Assembly (NCBI GenBank): GCA_964626665.1
Contig: CAZVGK010000001.1
Span: 141,914 to 205,913 of the forward strand
Length of the DNA: 64,000 bases
Origin: an uncultured Gemmatimonadota bacterium
GTDB taxonomy: Bacteria; SM23-81; DAOVCL01
Direction: 5' to 3'
The position numbers were made by a program, and so were the translations under genes. Under the pieces are notes generated by a model. It was not told the origin of the DNA. It was given only the letters and a program-made list of their open reading frames with translations, and did no database searches. This document shows, piece by piece, positions 19,425-29,770 of this stretch (the first letter of the stretch is position 1; each line of letters opens with the position of its first letter).

Positions 19425-20557
19425 TGATGAGAGCTGAGAAGCTGAGGGGCAAGCCCTTATTCTACATAGCAGAACGACCTGGTGAGGATCTCCTCGCGGG
19501 CCTAAGGCCGGGTGCGGTTCTCCGAGGGAGGGTAGTGAGGATACTTCCTCCTGATAAGGCCATAGTTAGAATAAGGGGGTTAAACCTTGTGGCCGAAAAC
19601 CACAGCGGGCTAAAGAAAGGGGATCGTTTTCGGGCCGGGGTGAAGAAGATGGGCCTCCCTTTGGCCTTGACCCTTTTGGAGGAGAATCCCCCTGATGAAA
19701 TCTCCTCCCGCCTAAAGGAAATCGGCATCCAGCCCACCCCTCTAAACAGGGCTTTGGCACAGGCCCTATTGGCCAACGATTTTCCCTTAAACAGAGAGGA
19801 AATGGAAAGTTTTCTTTCCTTATGGAAGAGCGTTTCTTCTGGGTTGGGGGAGGATTCAGTTAGGATAAAAACTGTCATCCTTTTCAAAAAGCTGCAAGCT
19901 GCACCTTCCCCTGAGATGCTTGAGGCCCTTAAGGGGGAGAAGCTTCTTATGGGGAAGAAGATAGATGAGGCCATCCGCTTTTTTCCTCAGCTTGGTGAGG
20001 CCCTAAGCCATCTTCCCGTCCTCCCTGGTGACCCCCAATTTCCCGCCAGGGTGCAGAAGCTTCCTCAGGAGGAGGATGATGTTATAAGAAAGGCTCTACC
20101 TTTGTTGCAGGTGTCCCCGGCGAAGGTTACCCCTCAATTGAAGGATTTCATCAGGGATGTGGGCTATATCAGGGATTTGCAGTTCCTATCTGATAGCTCA
20201 AAGGTTATGACCTATCGGCAGATTCCTATCCAAGAGGGGGATAGGGTGCAAACCCTGCAGTTAAAGATCGAGGGGAAAGGCCGCTCGGTGTGGTTAAGGC
20301 TTTTAGGGGAGATCAGGAAGGGAGGGCGGGTTGAGCTAGTGGTTCACTTAGATGGCCAGAGGGTCCTTTTAAAGGTCTGGGCGGAAAAGGAAAGAGCCGG
20401 TTCCCTCTTTGAGGGAAAATTGCGGGAATTAGAGGAAAAGATAAAAGGCCTGGGCCTTAAGCTGGCCACCCCCCTTATCTGGCAGCAGAAGATCTCCCTC
20501 TCCCCTCTTTCGTTTCTCATCTCCTCTGGGGAGGGGGCCGTAGATCTCAAAGGGTGA
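19421..20557 (+). CDS. Hypothetical protein (378 aa), possibly flagellum-associated by context
   Basis: ORF with start overlapping the previous stop; no motif recognised. Confidence 0.4.
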   Translation: MMMRAEKLRGKPLFYIAERPGEDLLAGLRPGAVLRGRVVRILPPDKAIVRIRGLNLVAENHSGLKKGDRFRAGVKKMGLPLALTLLEENPPDEISSRLKEIGIQPTPLNRALAQALLANDFPLNREEMESFLSLWKSVSSGLGEDSVRIKTVILFKKLQAAPSPEMLEALKGEKLLMGKKIDEAIRFFPQLGEALSHLPVLPGDPQFPARVQKLPQEEDDVIRKALPLLQVSPAKVTPQLKDFIRDVGYIRDLQFLSDSSKVMTYRQIPIQEGDRVQTLQLKIEGKGRSVWLRLLGEIRKGGRVELVVHLDGQRVLLKVWAEKERAGSLFEGKLRELEEKIKGLGLKLATPLIWQQKISLSPLSFLISSGEGAVDLKG

Positions 20558-20568
20558 GGGGAAATTTG

Positions 20569-20633
20569 CAATTATCAATTAACAATGAGCAATTAAGAAA
20601 TCCCCCCTATACAATGGAAAAAGAGCAGAAAGA
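20569..20633. repeat. Partial copy of the caattatcaat repeat upstream of the DUF342-like gene
   Basis: caattatcaattaacaatgagcaattaagaaa...acaatggaaaaag. Confidence 0.5.
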
Positions 20634-20711
20634 AGATAGCATCCTTTATAGACTGGCCGCTGAGCTTGTCTCCTATCTCTATGACCTCGATCCGGAGGAG
20701 GAGGAATAAAA

Positions 20712-21575
20712 GTGGGGCAGACGAAGGTTATCGCAGGGGACATCGATCGGATGAGCGGAGATCTCTCCTTTGAGGGTTCCCTCAGGGTGGAGGGGAGTAT
20801 CAAGCGGGGACAGCGACTGAAGATCTCCGGAGACCTTCTGGTGGAGGGGGAGATTGAGGATGCGGAGGTGGAAACCGGTGGGATGATCACCGTTCAGGGA
20901 GGGATTACGGGAGAGGGTAAGGGGGTGATCTTGGCCTCCGGAGGGGTGAGAGCGAAGTATATAAATAATCAAACTGTAATCAGCCACAGTTTAGTGGAGG
21001 TGAGTGAGGAGATCAGGCAGGCCATCATAAAGGCCGATCAAATGGTGCTGGTTACCCAGGGGAGGGGTTGGATAGTAGGGGGCACAATTACTGCGGGGAG
21101 GGAGGTAAGGGCCAGGAACATTGGCAGTCGCTATGCTACTCCCACTATCATTAAGGTGGGTTTTCTCCCCGAGGTGTGGGATAAGTTGGATGGATTGAGG
21201 AGAAAGATAGCGATGAAGGAGAGGATAAGGACCCAGATGGGGAAGGAGCTGAGCTACCTGCGAAAGCTCAAGAAGCAGGAAGGAAAACTTCCCCCCAGGA
21301 AGGAGGAGCTACTTCAAGAGATAGACTTTCTCCATGGAATCTACCGGGACCAGCTTAAGGAGATGAAGGAGGAGTGGGATTTTTTGGAGAATCACCTCCA
21401 GGAGCTAACCGTGGGTCAGGTGACAGTGGAGGAGATGATCTTCCCCGGGGTGGTCATTAATATCTTAAACTCTCAACGAAAATTAGAGGAAGTCAAAAGG
21501 GGGGTTATCTTCAAAAAGGATAAGGATGAGGTAATTGACTTACCCTGGGAAGTTGGCAATTCCAAGGGCAAGTGA
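20712..21575 (+). CDS. FapA/DUF342-like protein (beta-helical repeats plus coiled-coil tail), GTG start
   Basis: Gly-rich repeats (GDLLVEGEIEDAEVETGGMITVQGGITGEGKGVILASGGVRAKYI) followed by a charged helical region; GGAGGAGGAGG RBS. Confidence 0.4.
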   Translation: MGQTKVIAGDIDRMSGDLSFEGSLRVEGSIKRGQRLKISGDLLVEGEIEDAEVETGGMITVQGGITGEGKGVILASGGVRAKYINNQTVISHSLVEVSEEIRQAIIKADQMVLVTQGRGWIVGGTITAGREVRARNIGSRYATPTIIKVGFLPEVWDKLDGLRRKIAMKERIRTQMGKELSYLRKLKKQEGKLPPRKEELLQEIDFLHGIYRDQLKEMKEEWDFLENHLQELTVGQVTVEEMIFPGVVINILNSQRKLEEVKRGVIFKKDKDEVIDLPWEVGNSKGK

Positions 21576-21764
21576 GAAGTGAAAAAGGGCCACATTTTTA
21601 TTTTTGACTTTTCGCAAGTGAAAAGGCAGTTGATGCTTATTGTCCTCTCAGATATCGGTAAGTCCAGAGTAAAGATCCGACCCCATCTTAACCGAGTTGA
21701 TTTCCTTTCTTTGACCTTACCTGTTAGACCCCCAAAAATGGGGGACGGTGGTGCAGAGAGTGCA

Positions 21765-22310
21765 TTAGCTCTTCCATTTATTTGAGATCCTTTCCCCGAT
21801 AAGACTTATCTCTTTCTTACTTACAACCCTGTTGATACATGAAGTAGTCACCCCTAAATGACGGGCAACTTCTGCTCCACTCATCCCTAACTTCTTTAAG
21901 GCCAATTGAGCAACTATAAACCTTCTATACCTATTTTGGGCTTCCTTTGTCCCTTCTCCAAATCTGGCCAATACCTCTTCTACTCTCTGTCATGACCTTT
22001 CTATCTTCCCCATTAAGGCTGAATGACCACACCAGGGATACCGATCAAGCTCTTCTAAGTTCTTCACCAATCCTGCTCGATATGGACATATCTGGTAAGC
22101 TCTAACAAAAAAGGGGTTTCTTCACATAGAATTGATTTATATCGGTTTTGAAAGAGGTATCCCTGCCTATTATTGAAGCTTACGGCGTATCCAGTCATCA
22201 GTTTCCTCATAGCCGAAGATAGAGATGTAACCCTGTGCGAATCAGGAGATGAAAATGGTTGGGAATCAAAGCCCAAGCATATATCTGCCCCATCGTCCCC
22301 TATGCTGTCT
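21765..22310 (-). pseudogene. Degraded IS200/IS605-family or RAYT-like (Y1 HuH) transposase, broken by frameshifts and in-frame stops
   Basis: Three reading frames on the - strand give consecutive pieces: ...IYAWALIPNHFHLLIRT (HuH motif), MRKLMTGYAVSFNNRQGYLFQNRYKSIL..., VKNLEELDRYPWCGHSALMGKIE, and a C-terminal HTH-like tail; no intact ORF. Confidence 0.55.
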
Positions 22311-22456
22311 GATAAGTATCTTCAAGAATATAGACTTTCACCTTTCAGATGAAAAAAGGGGATTAAACTCAATTTTTAAAAGCTCTTTATTTTAAATATC
22401 TGGTGATAATCTTGTGAAATCTCGTGGTTTCTTAACGCATAATCTGGGTTAAAGTT

Positions 22457-23671
22457 TTATCCTCTCTCTTGAATTTCAGGGGGGATTTGGCCGGGTTTTT
22501 TTATCCTTTTAATCAGGGCAGGGATTACCTGGAAGAGATCGCCCACTATAGCATAGGTGGCCACTTTGAAGATGGGGGCCTCTGGGTCCTTGTTTATGGC
22601 CACGATCACCTTTGCTGACTGCATGCCCACCAGATGTTGGATGGCCCCTGATATGCCGCAGGCTATATAGAGTTGCGGACAGACGGTCTTTCCGGTCTGA
22701 CCAACCTGATGGGAGTAGGGGATCCAACCGGCATCAACCGCGGCCCGGGAGGCCCCTACAGCTCCCCCTAAGGCTCTGGCCAACTCCTCTATCAGGTCAA
22801 ATTTAGAGGGATCACCTAAGCCCCTTCCCCCGGAGACGATGATGTCGGCCTCGGCTATGTTGATCGTCTCCCCCTCCTCCTTGACCACCTTGAGGAGCTT
22901 GCTGCGGGAGGGAAGCTCCTTCGGTTTAAACTCCTTGCGGATTAGTTGGCCCTCCCTCTTCTGGTCAACTGATCCTGCCCTCATTACCTTAGGTCTCACC
23001 GTGGCCATCTGGGGGCGGTGATGGGGGCAGGTGATGGTGGCCATAATATTCCCCCCAAATGCAGGACGGGTCTGGAGGAGAAGGCCGTTTTCCGGGTCGA
23101 TCTCCAGTCCCGTGCAGTCCGCGGTTAGACCCGTCTTTAATTTAGTGGCCACCCGGGGGATGAGGGATCTCCCCAAGCTAGTCCCCCCTCCGAGGACTAT
23201 CTCCGGTCGGTACTCCCGGATGAGGGCGACCAAGGCCTGGGTATAGGGCTCCACCAGAAAGTCCTCCAATTGAGGTGAGTCAACCAGGTAGACCCGGTCT
23301 GCCCCCCACTGGATCAGCTCCGCAGCCTTATCCTCTACCCCCCAGCCAAGCAGGACGGCGGATAGCTCGTCCCCTCTGGCCTGGGCGAGCCTTCTGCCCT
23401 CACCCAGAAGCTCAAAGCTTACCGGATTTAATTTCCCCTCTCTTTGCTCGGCGAAGATCCAAATCCCGGAATAGCCTCTTTCAGCCGGAAGCTCGCTCTT
23501 CCCCCTAATGAGGATGGCATTGAACTTGCAGGAGTCAACACAGGCTCCACAGAGAGTGCATCCCTGGCCGATAACGGCTAAGCCCTCGACCATCTCGATG
23601 GCTCCATAGGGGCAGACCCCCACGCAGGCTCCACATCCCACACACCTTTCTTGAATGACCTCTATGTTCAT
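22457..23671 (-). CDS. etfA: Electron transfer flavoprotein alpha subunit with N-terminal 2x[4Fe-4S] ferredoxin domain
   Basis: Two CxxCxxCxxxC(P) motifs, then ETF-alpha FAD-binding C-terminus ([33 protein letters not shown]); start set at internal ATG (MNIEV...). Confidence 0.85.
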   Translation of the reverse strand: MNIEVIQERCVGCGACVGVCPYGAIEMVEGLAVIGQGCTLCGACVDSCKFNAILIRGKSELPAERGYSGIWIFAEQREGKLNPVSFELLGEGRRLAQARGDELSAVLLGWGVEDKAAELIQWGADRVYLVDSPQLEDFLVEPYTQALVALIREYRPEIVLGGGTSLGRSLIPRVATKLKTGLTADCTGLEIDPENGLLLQTRPAFGGNIMATITCPHHRPQMATVRPKVMRAGSVDQKREGQLIRKEFKPKELPSRSKLLKVVKEEGETINIAEADIIVSGGRGLGDPSKFDLIEELARALGGAVGASRAAVDAGWIPYSHQVGQTGKTVCPQLYIACGISGAIQHLVGMQSAKVIVAINKDPEAPIFKVATYAIVGDLFQVIPALIKRIKKPGQIPPEIQERG

Positions 23672-23681
23672 AATATTTAAA

Positions 23682-23711
23682 AAAATAAGGGCCTCGGCTC
23701 TGGGACCCTTA
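23682..23711 (-). terminator. Candidate intrinsic terminator hairpin downstream of the rplQ-containing transcript
   Basis: Perfect 8-bp stem (aataaggg / cccttatt) with 14-nt loop, followed by a T-run on the - strand; abuts the etfA start. Confidence 0.35.
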
Positions 23712-23847
23712 TTTTTCACCTTGTTACAGTTTACAGGGATCAGTAGTCATGCGGTTATCGGAGCCTAGTTATCAGTTGTCACAGATTTCCTCCGCTCCCC
23801 GTCAACTGCCCTCTGATCCCTTGGGGTTGATCCCCGGGACTGTTATT

Positions 23848-24171
23848 CTATCCCTTGATTGCCTTTCTTAGCTTATACCGGATTTGGTCCATCTCATCCT
23901 TGGTAATCTTTTTGTCCTTAAGGGCCTTCCTAATGTATTTTACGACCTCGCGGACCTCTTCCTTCCTTACTCTCTTTTTTTTGAGGGCGGCCCTAAACTT
24001 CCGGAAAAGGGGCTTTACCCCTGTCCTGTCATAATTGGGGGGGAGGGACTGCTCGACCTTCACCTCCAATCCCTTAAACCCGTATTCTAACAGTCTCCCC
24101 TTGAGAAGGATTACGGCCAAAAGGATTAGCAAGGCCACGCCCAAGATGGAGAGCAAACAGCCCTTCCTCAT
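23848..24171 (-). CDS. Hypothetical small membrane-anchored basic protein (107 aa)
   Basis: ORF immediately downstream of rplQ; N-terminal hydrophobic helix, Lys/Arg-rich tail. Confidence 0.35.
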   Translation of the reverse strand: MRKGCLLSILGVALLILLAVILLKGRLLEYGFKGLEVKVEQSLPPNYDRTGVKPLFRKFRAALKKKRVRKEEVREVVKYIRKALKDKKITKDEMDQIRYKLRKAIKG

Positions 24172-24575
24172 TTCTTTTCTGTTTTCCCAGCAGGTTTCTC
24201 AGGTTCAACCTTCTCCACCCCCTCCTTGACCAATTGCAGGAGGGAGAGGGAAGCGCCATCCCCAGGACGGAAGCCGAGCTTGATCCTTCTCGTGCAGCCT
24301 CCGTTCCTCTCCCCATACCTCAGAGCGATATCATCAAATAGCTTAGCTATTATTGATTTATGCGGAAGCGTCCTCAGGGCAATTCTTCGGGAATGGAGGT
24401 CACCCTTCTTGCCCAAGCTGATTAGCTTCTCGGCCAACCTCTGGGCCTCCTTTGCCTTGACACTGGTAGTAGTTATGCTCTCGTGGAGGAAGAGGGAAGA
24501 GACCAGATTCCGCAGCGTTGCCCCTCGGTGGGCAGGATTTCTGCCCAGATGGTTGCCCTTCTTTAGGTGTCTCAA
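24168..24575 (-). CDS. rplQ: 50S ribosomal protein L17
   Basis: MRHLKKGNHLGRNPAHRGATLRNLVSSLFLHESITTT; follows rpoA. Confidence 0.9.
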   Translation of the reverse strand: MRHLKKGNHLGRNPAHRGATLRNLVSSLFLHESITTTSVKAKEAQRLAEKLISLGKKGDLHSRRIALRTLPHKSIIAKLFDDIALRYGERNGGCTRRIKLGFRPGDGASLSLLQLVKEGVEKVEPEKPAGKTEKK

Positions 24576-25555
24576 GATTTCTCCCCCTCCAGATAAGGCG
24601 AGACATCCATGCCAAAGGAGAGACCAAATTCGGCTAAGACCCTCTGTAGCTCGGAGAGGGATTTACGTCCAAAATTCCTGTATTTGAGCATCTCTGACTC
24701 TGTCTTTTGTACGAGATCATTTAAGGTGACTATATTGGCTGCCCGCAGACAATTGTTTGATCTCACGGATAGCTCTAATTCCTCTACCTTCATCTTGAGC
24801 AGGTTTCTTACCCGCAAGACCTCTTTGTTTACCTTAGTCTCCTCTACCTCCTCAAACTTGGTGGGGTGAAGTATGAATAGCTCCACATGCTCCTTTAATA
24901 TCTGGGCCGCATAGCTGAGGGCCTCCCCTGGGGTGATGCTCCCGTCCGTGCGGATCTGCAGGGTAAGCTTTTCAAAGTCTACCCGGTGGCCCACCCTGGT
25001 GCTATCCACTTGATAGTTGACCTTGGTCACCGGGGTGAAGATGGAATCGAGGTAGATAGTGCCAAATGGGTGATTCTGCTTTTTGTTCTGCTCAGCGGTA
25101 ACATAGCCTCTGCCAAAGCCAACTTCTATCTCACCCTTGATTTGAGCTCCATCATTTAAGGTGGCCAACCTGTGGTCAGGGTTTAGGATGAGGAAGTTCC
25201 CCCCCCCATCGATATCACCCGCTTTAAACTCTCCCTTACCCGATTTCTCAATGCCCACCATAACCGGTTTGTCCGCTAAGAACTTTATCCTTACCTCCTT
25301 TAGATTAAGCACTATTTCTGGGATATCCTCTACTACACCGGGAATGGTGGAATATTCATGAGGGACCCCTTCGACCCGGAGGGCGGTTATCGCTGCCCCT
25401 TGCAGAGAGGAGAGGAGAACCCGGCGGAGGGAATTCCCTAAGGTGATCCCAAAACCCCTCTCTAAGGGTTCGATGATGAACTTGCTGTAAACATCTGTCG
25501 CTGATTCTTCTTCTGCTACTAAGCTTTTGGGAAGTTGCAGGCTTGTCCACTTCAT
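24572..25555 (-). CDS. rpoA: DNA-directed RNA polymerase alpha subunit
   Basis: Conserved N-terminal assembly domain (IEPLERGFGITLGNSLRRVLLSSLQGAAI) and C-terminal domain (SVRSNNCLRAANIVTLNDL). Confidence 0.95.
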   Translation of the reverse strand: MKWTSLQLPKSLVAEEESATDVYSKFIIEPLERGFGITLGNSLRRVLLSSLQGAAITALRVEGVPHEYSTIPGVVEDIPEIVLNLKEVRIKFLADKPVMVGIEKSGKGEFKAGDIDGGGNFLILNPDHRLATLNDGAQIKGEIEVGFGRGYVTAEQNKKQNHPFGTIYLDSIFTPVTKVNYQVDSTRVGHRVDFEKLTLQIRTDGSITPGEALSYAAQILKEHVELFILHPTKFEEVEETKVNKEVLRVRNLLKMKVEELELSVRSNNCLRAANIVTLNDLVQKTESEMLKYRNFGRKSLSELQRVLAEFGLSFGMDVSPYLEGEKS

Positions 25556-25575
25556 CTAAAGATACTTCCTCCTTC

Positions 25576-26205
25576 TCACTTAGAATAGAGCTCCACAATC
25601 AATTTTTCGGTGATCGGCTCAGGTATCTGCTCTCTGGTGGGGAGGTCTAGGACCTCACCCTCCAACTTGGCCTTGTCTATCCTCAGCCAGCTCAGCTTAC
25701 CAAGCCTATCTGCGGCCTTCAGAGAGTCATGGATTATGGCTAAATCCCGGCTCTTCTCCCTTACCTTTACCACATCCTTTGGCTTTACTTGGTAGGAGGG
25801 GATGTTCACCTTCCTCTCGTTCACCTGGAAGTGGCTATGCCTCACCAACTGCCTGGCTGTTTTTCGAGAGGGGGCAAAACCGAGCCGGTAGACGGTGTTG
25901 TCTAACCGGGATTCTAAGGCCCGCAGAAGGTTCTCCCCGGTGATACCCTTTTTCCTTTCAGCCTTTTGGAAGTAGTTTCTGAACTGTTTCTCCATTATTC
26001 CATAGATCCTCCGCACCTTCTGCTTCTCCCTTAATTGAAGGCCGTACTCAGACATCCGGCGACGGCGGAGGACCCCATGTTGTCCGGGAAATGATTCCTT
26101 TTTCTCCAGGGCACACTTATCCGTGTAACACCGATCGCCCTTCAGAAAGAGTTTGGTCTTCTCCCGGCGACAGAGCTTGCAAACGGGGCCCTTGTATCTA
26201 GCCAT
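25576..26205 (-). CDS. rpsD: 30S ribosomal protein S4
   Basis: [31 protein letters not shown]. Confidence 0.95.
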   Translation of the reverse strand: MARYKGPVCKLCRREKTKLFLKGDRCYTDKCALEKKESFPGQHGVLRRRRMSEYGLQLREKQKVRRIYGIMEKQFRNYFQKAERKKGITGENLLRALESRLDNTVYRLGFAPSRKTARQLVRHSHFQVNERKVNIPSYQVKPKDVVKVREKSRDLAIIHDSLKAADRLGKLSWLRIDKAKLEGEVLDLPTREQIPEPITEKLIVELYSK

Positions 26206-26208
26206 CTC

Positions 26209-26604
26209 TTATACCCTCCTTCGCTTGGGAGGACGACAACCATTATGAGGAATGGGAGTAACATCCCTTATCGCTGTAATATTCAACCCGGCAGCCTGCA
26301 GGGATCTGATGGCGGCCTCCCTCCCGGATCCTGGCCCCTTCACTCTGACCTCCAAACTCTTCATCCCTCTATCCATTGCCCCTTTAGCAGAGGCCGTAGC
26401 CGCCTGCCCGGCCGCAAATGGGGTGCTCTTCTTAGAACCTTTAAAACCCGCCCTCCCCGCCGAGGCCCAGGATATAACCTTCCCTTGGGTATCGGTAATG
26501 GTTATTATCGTGTTGTTAAAGGTTGCCTGAATGTGAGCCACCCCTGATACCTCCACCCTCCCCTTTTTTCTTTTGGGCCTTCCTTTCGCTTTCTTATCTG
26601 CCAA
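26209..26604 (-). CDS. rpsK: 30S ribosomal protein S11
   Basis: [18 protein letters not shown]...[18 protein letters not shown]. Confidence 0.95.
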   Translation of the reverse strand: MADKKAKGRPKRKKGRVEVSGVAHIQATFNNTIITITDTQGKVISWASAGRAGFKGSKKSTPFAAGQAATASAKGAMDRGMKSLEVRVKGPGSGREAAIRSLQAAGLNITAIRDVTPIPHNGCRPPKRRRV

Positions 26605-26620
26605 TTTTCACACCCCCTGA

Positions 26621-26992
26621 TTACCTTTTCCTTTTGGCTCCAATAGTTTTGCGGGAGCTCCTTCTCGTGCGGGAATTGGTTTTCGTCCTCTGGCCCCTCA
26701 CCGGAAGGTTCCTCCTGTGTCTAAATCCGCGATAAGAGCCGATTTCCATCAACCTCTTTATATTCATAGTCACCTCTGCTCTCCTGCTCCCTTCCACCTT
26801 GTAATCCGACTCTATAACCGACCTCAGCTTGGAGACTTCCTCCTCGCTGAGCTTGTTCACTCTAGTATCAGGAGAGACCCCGGTTTTCTTCAATATTTTA
26901 CTTGCAGAGGAGCGGCCTATACCATAAATATAAGTAAGGGCAATCTCTATCCTCTTGTCCTTTGGCAAATCAACGCCTGCTATCCTGGCCAA
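26621..26992 (-). CDS. rpsM: 30S ribosomal protein S13
   Basis: [26 protein letters not shown]. Confidence 0.95.
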   Translation of the reverse strand: MARIAGVDLPKDKRIEIALTYIYGIGRSSASKILKKTGVSPDTRVNKLSEEEVSKLRSVIESDYKVEGSRRAEVTMNIKRLMEIGSYRGFRHRRNLPVRGQRTKTNSRTRRSSRKTIGAKRKR

Positions 26993-27007
26993 CCTTAAAC
27001 CTCCTTT

Positions 27008-27142
27008 TTAACCTACCCTTCTGGGCTTACCCCTTTGTCTCTGTTTGTGACGGGGGTTTGAGCAGATGACCCGGAGGACCCCCTTCCTTCTAATTACCTT
27101 ACAGTGTTTGCAGAGGGGTTTTATGGAAACTTTGACTTTCAT
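27008..27142 (-). CDS. rpmJ: 50S ribosomal protein L36 (44 aa, below the ORF-track size cutoff)
   Basis: Hand translation of the - strand gives [44 protein letters not shown] with the C-x2-C...C-x4-H zinc ribbon; lies between infA and rpsM. Confidence 0.85.
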   Translation of the reverse strand: MKVKVSIKPLCKHCKVIRRKGVLRVICSNPRHKQRQRGKPRRVG

Positions 27143-27357
27143 TTGTACCTGTAGGTTATCCTTCCTCGATTTAGGTCATAGGGGGAGAGTTCCACAGCCA
27201 CCCTATCTCCTGGGAGTATCTTGATATAATGCATCCTCATCTTCCCGGAGATGTGGGCTAAAACCCGGTGGCCATTTTTTAACTCCACCCTGAAAGTGGC
27301 ATTGGGAAGGGGCTCAATCACTACCCCGTCAACCTTTATCGTCTCCTGTTTAGCCAT
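27139..27357 (-). CDS. infA: Translation initiation factor IF-1
   Basis: [53 protein letters not shown]; start set at MAKQE. Confidence 0.9.
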   Translation of the reverse strand: MAKQETIKVDGVVIEPLPNATFRVELKNGHRVLAHISGKMRMHYIKILPGDRVAVELSPYDLNRGRITYRYK

Positions 27358-28003
27358 CCCTGGCCTCAAGCTTTTCCGTTATTTCCTCAAAGACCGCCGT
27401 GGCATCTCCATCTCCCTCTACATCTATTAAGATCCCCTGAGCTCGGTAATACTCCTGCAACTCCTTTATCTCCTTAGCATAGATGGAGAGCCTTTTCTTG
27501 ATGGTTTGCGGGCGATCGTCTTCCCTTTGATAGAGCTCCCCCCCGCAGCGATCACAGATACCATCCGATTTTGGAGGGGCGGTGATTAAGTTATAGACGG
27601 CTCCACAGGATGAACAGACCCTCCGATTGGAGAGCCGACGCAGGATAACCTCCTGAGAAACCTCTATATCAATGACCCCAGTGAGAGTCCAATCCATATC
27701 CCTGCCTATTGCCTCTAACCCTTCGGCCTGGGCCAGGTCGCGGGGAAAACCATCTAAGATGAACCCTTCTGTACAGTCTTCTCCATGGAGTCTTAGCTTG
27801 ACCAACTCCATCATAATCTCATCAGGGACAAGTTCTCCCTTATCCCAAAACCTCTTGGCTTTCTTCCCCCAAGAAGAACCATCCCTCACAGCAGACCTCA
27901 ATATCTCCCCCGTAGAGATGTGGGGTATTCCATATTCCTGGCTGAGCATCTCTGCCTCAACGCCTTTCCCTGCCCCGGGTGGTCCCAAGATTACCAATCT
28001 CAT
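27350..28003 (-). CDS. adk: Adenylate kinase (zinc-lid type)
   Basis: P-loop GPPGAGKG; lid CSSCG...CDRCG. Confidence 0.9.
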   Translation of the reverse strand: MRLVILGPPGAGKGVEAEMLSQEYGIPHISTGEILRSAVRDGSSWGKKAKRFWDKGELVPDEIMMELVKLRLHGEDCTEGFILDGFPRDLAQAEGLEAIGRDMDWTLTGVIDIEVSQEVILRRLSNRRVCSSCGAVYNLITAPPKSDGICDRCGGELYQREDDRPQTIKKRLSIYAKEIKELQEYYRAQGILIDVEGDGDATAVFEEITEKLEARDG

Positions 28004-29310
28004 CTCCTCCCCTTTATCTTCCCCTTCTTCATAAATCCATCATAATGCCTCATTACCAGATGAGACTCCACCTGTTTTAGGGTATCTAAGGCCACCCCCA
28101 CGATGATCAGAACGGAGGTTCCTCCAAAGAAGAAGGAGACATCCATTGACTGCATTAGAAAAAAGGGTAGGATGGCAATCGCGGCAAAGGAGAGGGCCCC
28201 AGGGAGGGTGATGCGGGTGAGTATTCTGTCTATGTAGTCTGCCGTCCTCTTCCCTGGCCGCACACCAGGGATGAAACCGCCATACCTCTTCATATTGTCT
28301 GCCAATTCCACCGGATTGAAGACGATGGCCGTGTAGAAGTAAGCGAAGAATACTATCAAGAGGGCATAGACGATGGAGTAAACAGCAGCACCAGGTGTAA
28401 ACCAGTTAGCAATTCCAGTTAATAACTCGCTCTTAGGGAAAAAAGTGGTGATGGTGCGGGGGGCAAACATCAGGGACTGGGCGAAGATGATGGGAATTAT
28501 CCCCGCGGCGTTCATATTAAGGGGGATGTGAGTGGACTGTCCACCATAGATCTTTCTCCCCACCACCCTTTTGGCATACTGCACCGGTATCCTCCTCTGT
28601 GCCTGGGTAATGATAACAACAAAGCTTATAACGGCCACCATAATGGCCAGGACCATCAACCCCTGAAAGGGAGAACGGGTGCCAGCGGCTAACTGCCTGC
28701 CTTCGTTGAGCACCGATCCCGGAAGCCTGGCTAATATCCCCACATAGATGATTAACGAGATCCCATTGCCAATCCCCTTCTCGGTCATCTGTTCCCCAAT
28801 CCACATAAGAAAGATGGTCCCTGTGGTCAGGGTAAGCATAGTCAAAAGTCTAAAACCAATCCCCGGGTGAACTACCGCAGAGATCCCCTCTGAGGTGACG
28901 ATGCTCTCCAAAAATATGCTCGCCCCATAGGATTGAAGGATACAGATGAGGATGGTGCCATACCTGGTGTACTGGGTTATCTTTCTCCTGCCCTCCTCCC
29001 CCTCTTTGTGCAGCTTCTGAAAGTAGGGGACGACAGCCCCTAAGAGTTGCATAATGATGGAGGAGGTGATGTAGGGCATTATCCCCAGGCCAAAGATGGC
29101 AGCGTTCTTAAAGGCTCCCCCAGCAAATATGTCGTAGAGGCCAAAGAGAGTTCCCTGAGCCTGGGCAAAGAAGCTTTTTAAAACCCCCATATCTATACCC
29201 GGAGTGGGAACATGGCAGCCAATTCGGTAAACAACAAGGAGGCCAATGGTAAAGAGAATCCTTTTCCTTAATTCGGGGATTTTGAATGTGTTTTGAAATG
29301 TCTGAAACAT
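28000..29310 (-). CDS. secY: Preprotein translocase subunit SecY
   Basis: 436 aa polytopic membrane protein in the canonical position after rplO. Confidence 0.9.
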   Translation of the reverse strand: MFQTFQNTFKIPELRKRILFTIGLLVVYRIGCHVPTPGIDMGVLKSFFAQAQGTLFGLYDIFAGGAFKNAAIFGLGIMPYITSSIIMQLLGAVVPYFQKLHKEGEEGRRKITQYTRYGTILICILQSYGASIFLESIVTSEGISAVVHPGIGFRLLTMLTLTTGTIFLMWIGEQMTEKGIGNGISLIIYVGILARLPGSVLNEGRQLAAGTRSPFQGLMVLAIMVAVISFVVIITQAQRRIPVQYAKRVVGRKIYGGQSTHIPLNMNAAGIIPIIFAQSLMFAPRTITTFFPKSELLTGIANWFTPGAAVYSIVYALLIVFFAYFYTAIVFNPVELADNMKRYGGFIPGVRPGKRTADYIDRILTRITLPGALSFAAIAILPFFLMQSMDVSFFFGGTSVLIIVGVALDTLKQVESHLVMRHYDGFMKKGKIKGRR

Positions 29311-29311
29311 C

Positions 29312-29770
29312 TCAGATTACCTCCGTGGTTCCCCCACTTGCCTCTATCTTTTCCTTGGCCGATCTACTGAATGCCTGAGCCCGGATGATCAGGGCTCCTT
29401 CCACCTGACCTTCGCCTAAAACCTTTAAGGGGATGGCTGTCCTCTTGATCAAACCATCTTTCTTTAAAAGGATTGGATCAATGACCTGGGAATCGGCATA
29501 TCTGCTCAGTTGCTTGAGGTTAACCACCTGATAGCGGACCGGGAAATGGTGCATCATAACAGATTTCTTCCCCCTCTTCATTCCCCTTTTAGGTACCCTT
29601 CTCTCCAGAGGCATCTGTCCCCCCTCAAACCAGGCCTTTGACTTGGAGCCGGATCTGGATCTTTGCCCTTTCTCCCCCCGACCGCTGGTTTTCCCCAGGC
29701 CTGAGCCAGGTCCCCTACCCACCCTTTTTCTCCTCTTCTTTGCCCCTGATGGCGGTCTAATCTGCATCAT
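29312..29770 (-). CDS. rplO: 50S ribosomal protein L15
   Basis: [22 protein letters not shown]. Confidence 0.9.
   Translation of the reverse strand: MMQIRPPSGAKKRRKRVGRGPGSGLGKTSGRGEKGQRSRSGSKSKAWFEGGQMPLERRVPKRGMKRGKKSVMMHHFPVRYQVVNLKQLSRYADSQVIDPILLKKDGLIKRTAIPLKVLGEGQVEGALIIRAQAFSRSAKEKIEASGGTTEVI

Noticed and set aside
681-20987. Nested or antisense small ORFs within flagellar genes (for example 681-905, 1557-2009, 2858-3139, 14865-15110, 20679-20987)
   Set aside because: Overlap well-supported flagellar CDSs in other frames; Pro/Arg/Ser-rich translations typical of out-of-frame reading.
944-21600. Searched by eye for sigma-28 (FliA-dependent) promoters of the TAAA-N15-GCCGATAA type in flagellar intergenic regions
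   Set aside because: No convincing match found; not annotated.
21579-21785. 68-aa + strand ORF just after the DUF342-like gene
   Set aside because: No RBS or motif; overlaps the 3' flank of the transposase remnant; probably non-coding.
27350-28003. Absence of methionine aminopeptidase (map) between adk and infA
   Set aside because: Gene order varies between lineages at this point; the absence is not informative on its own.
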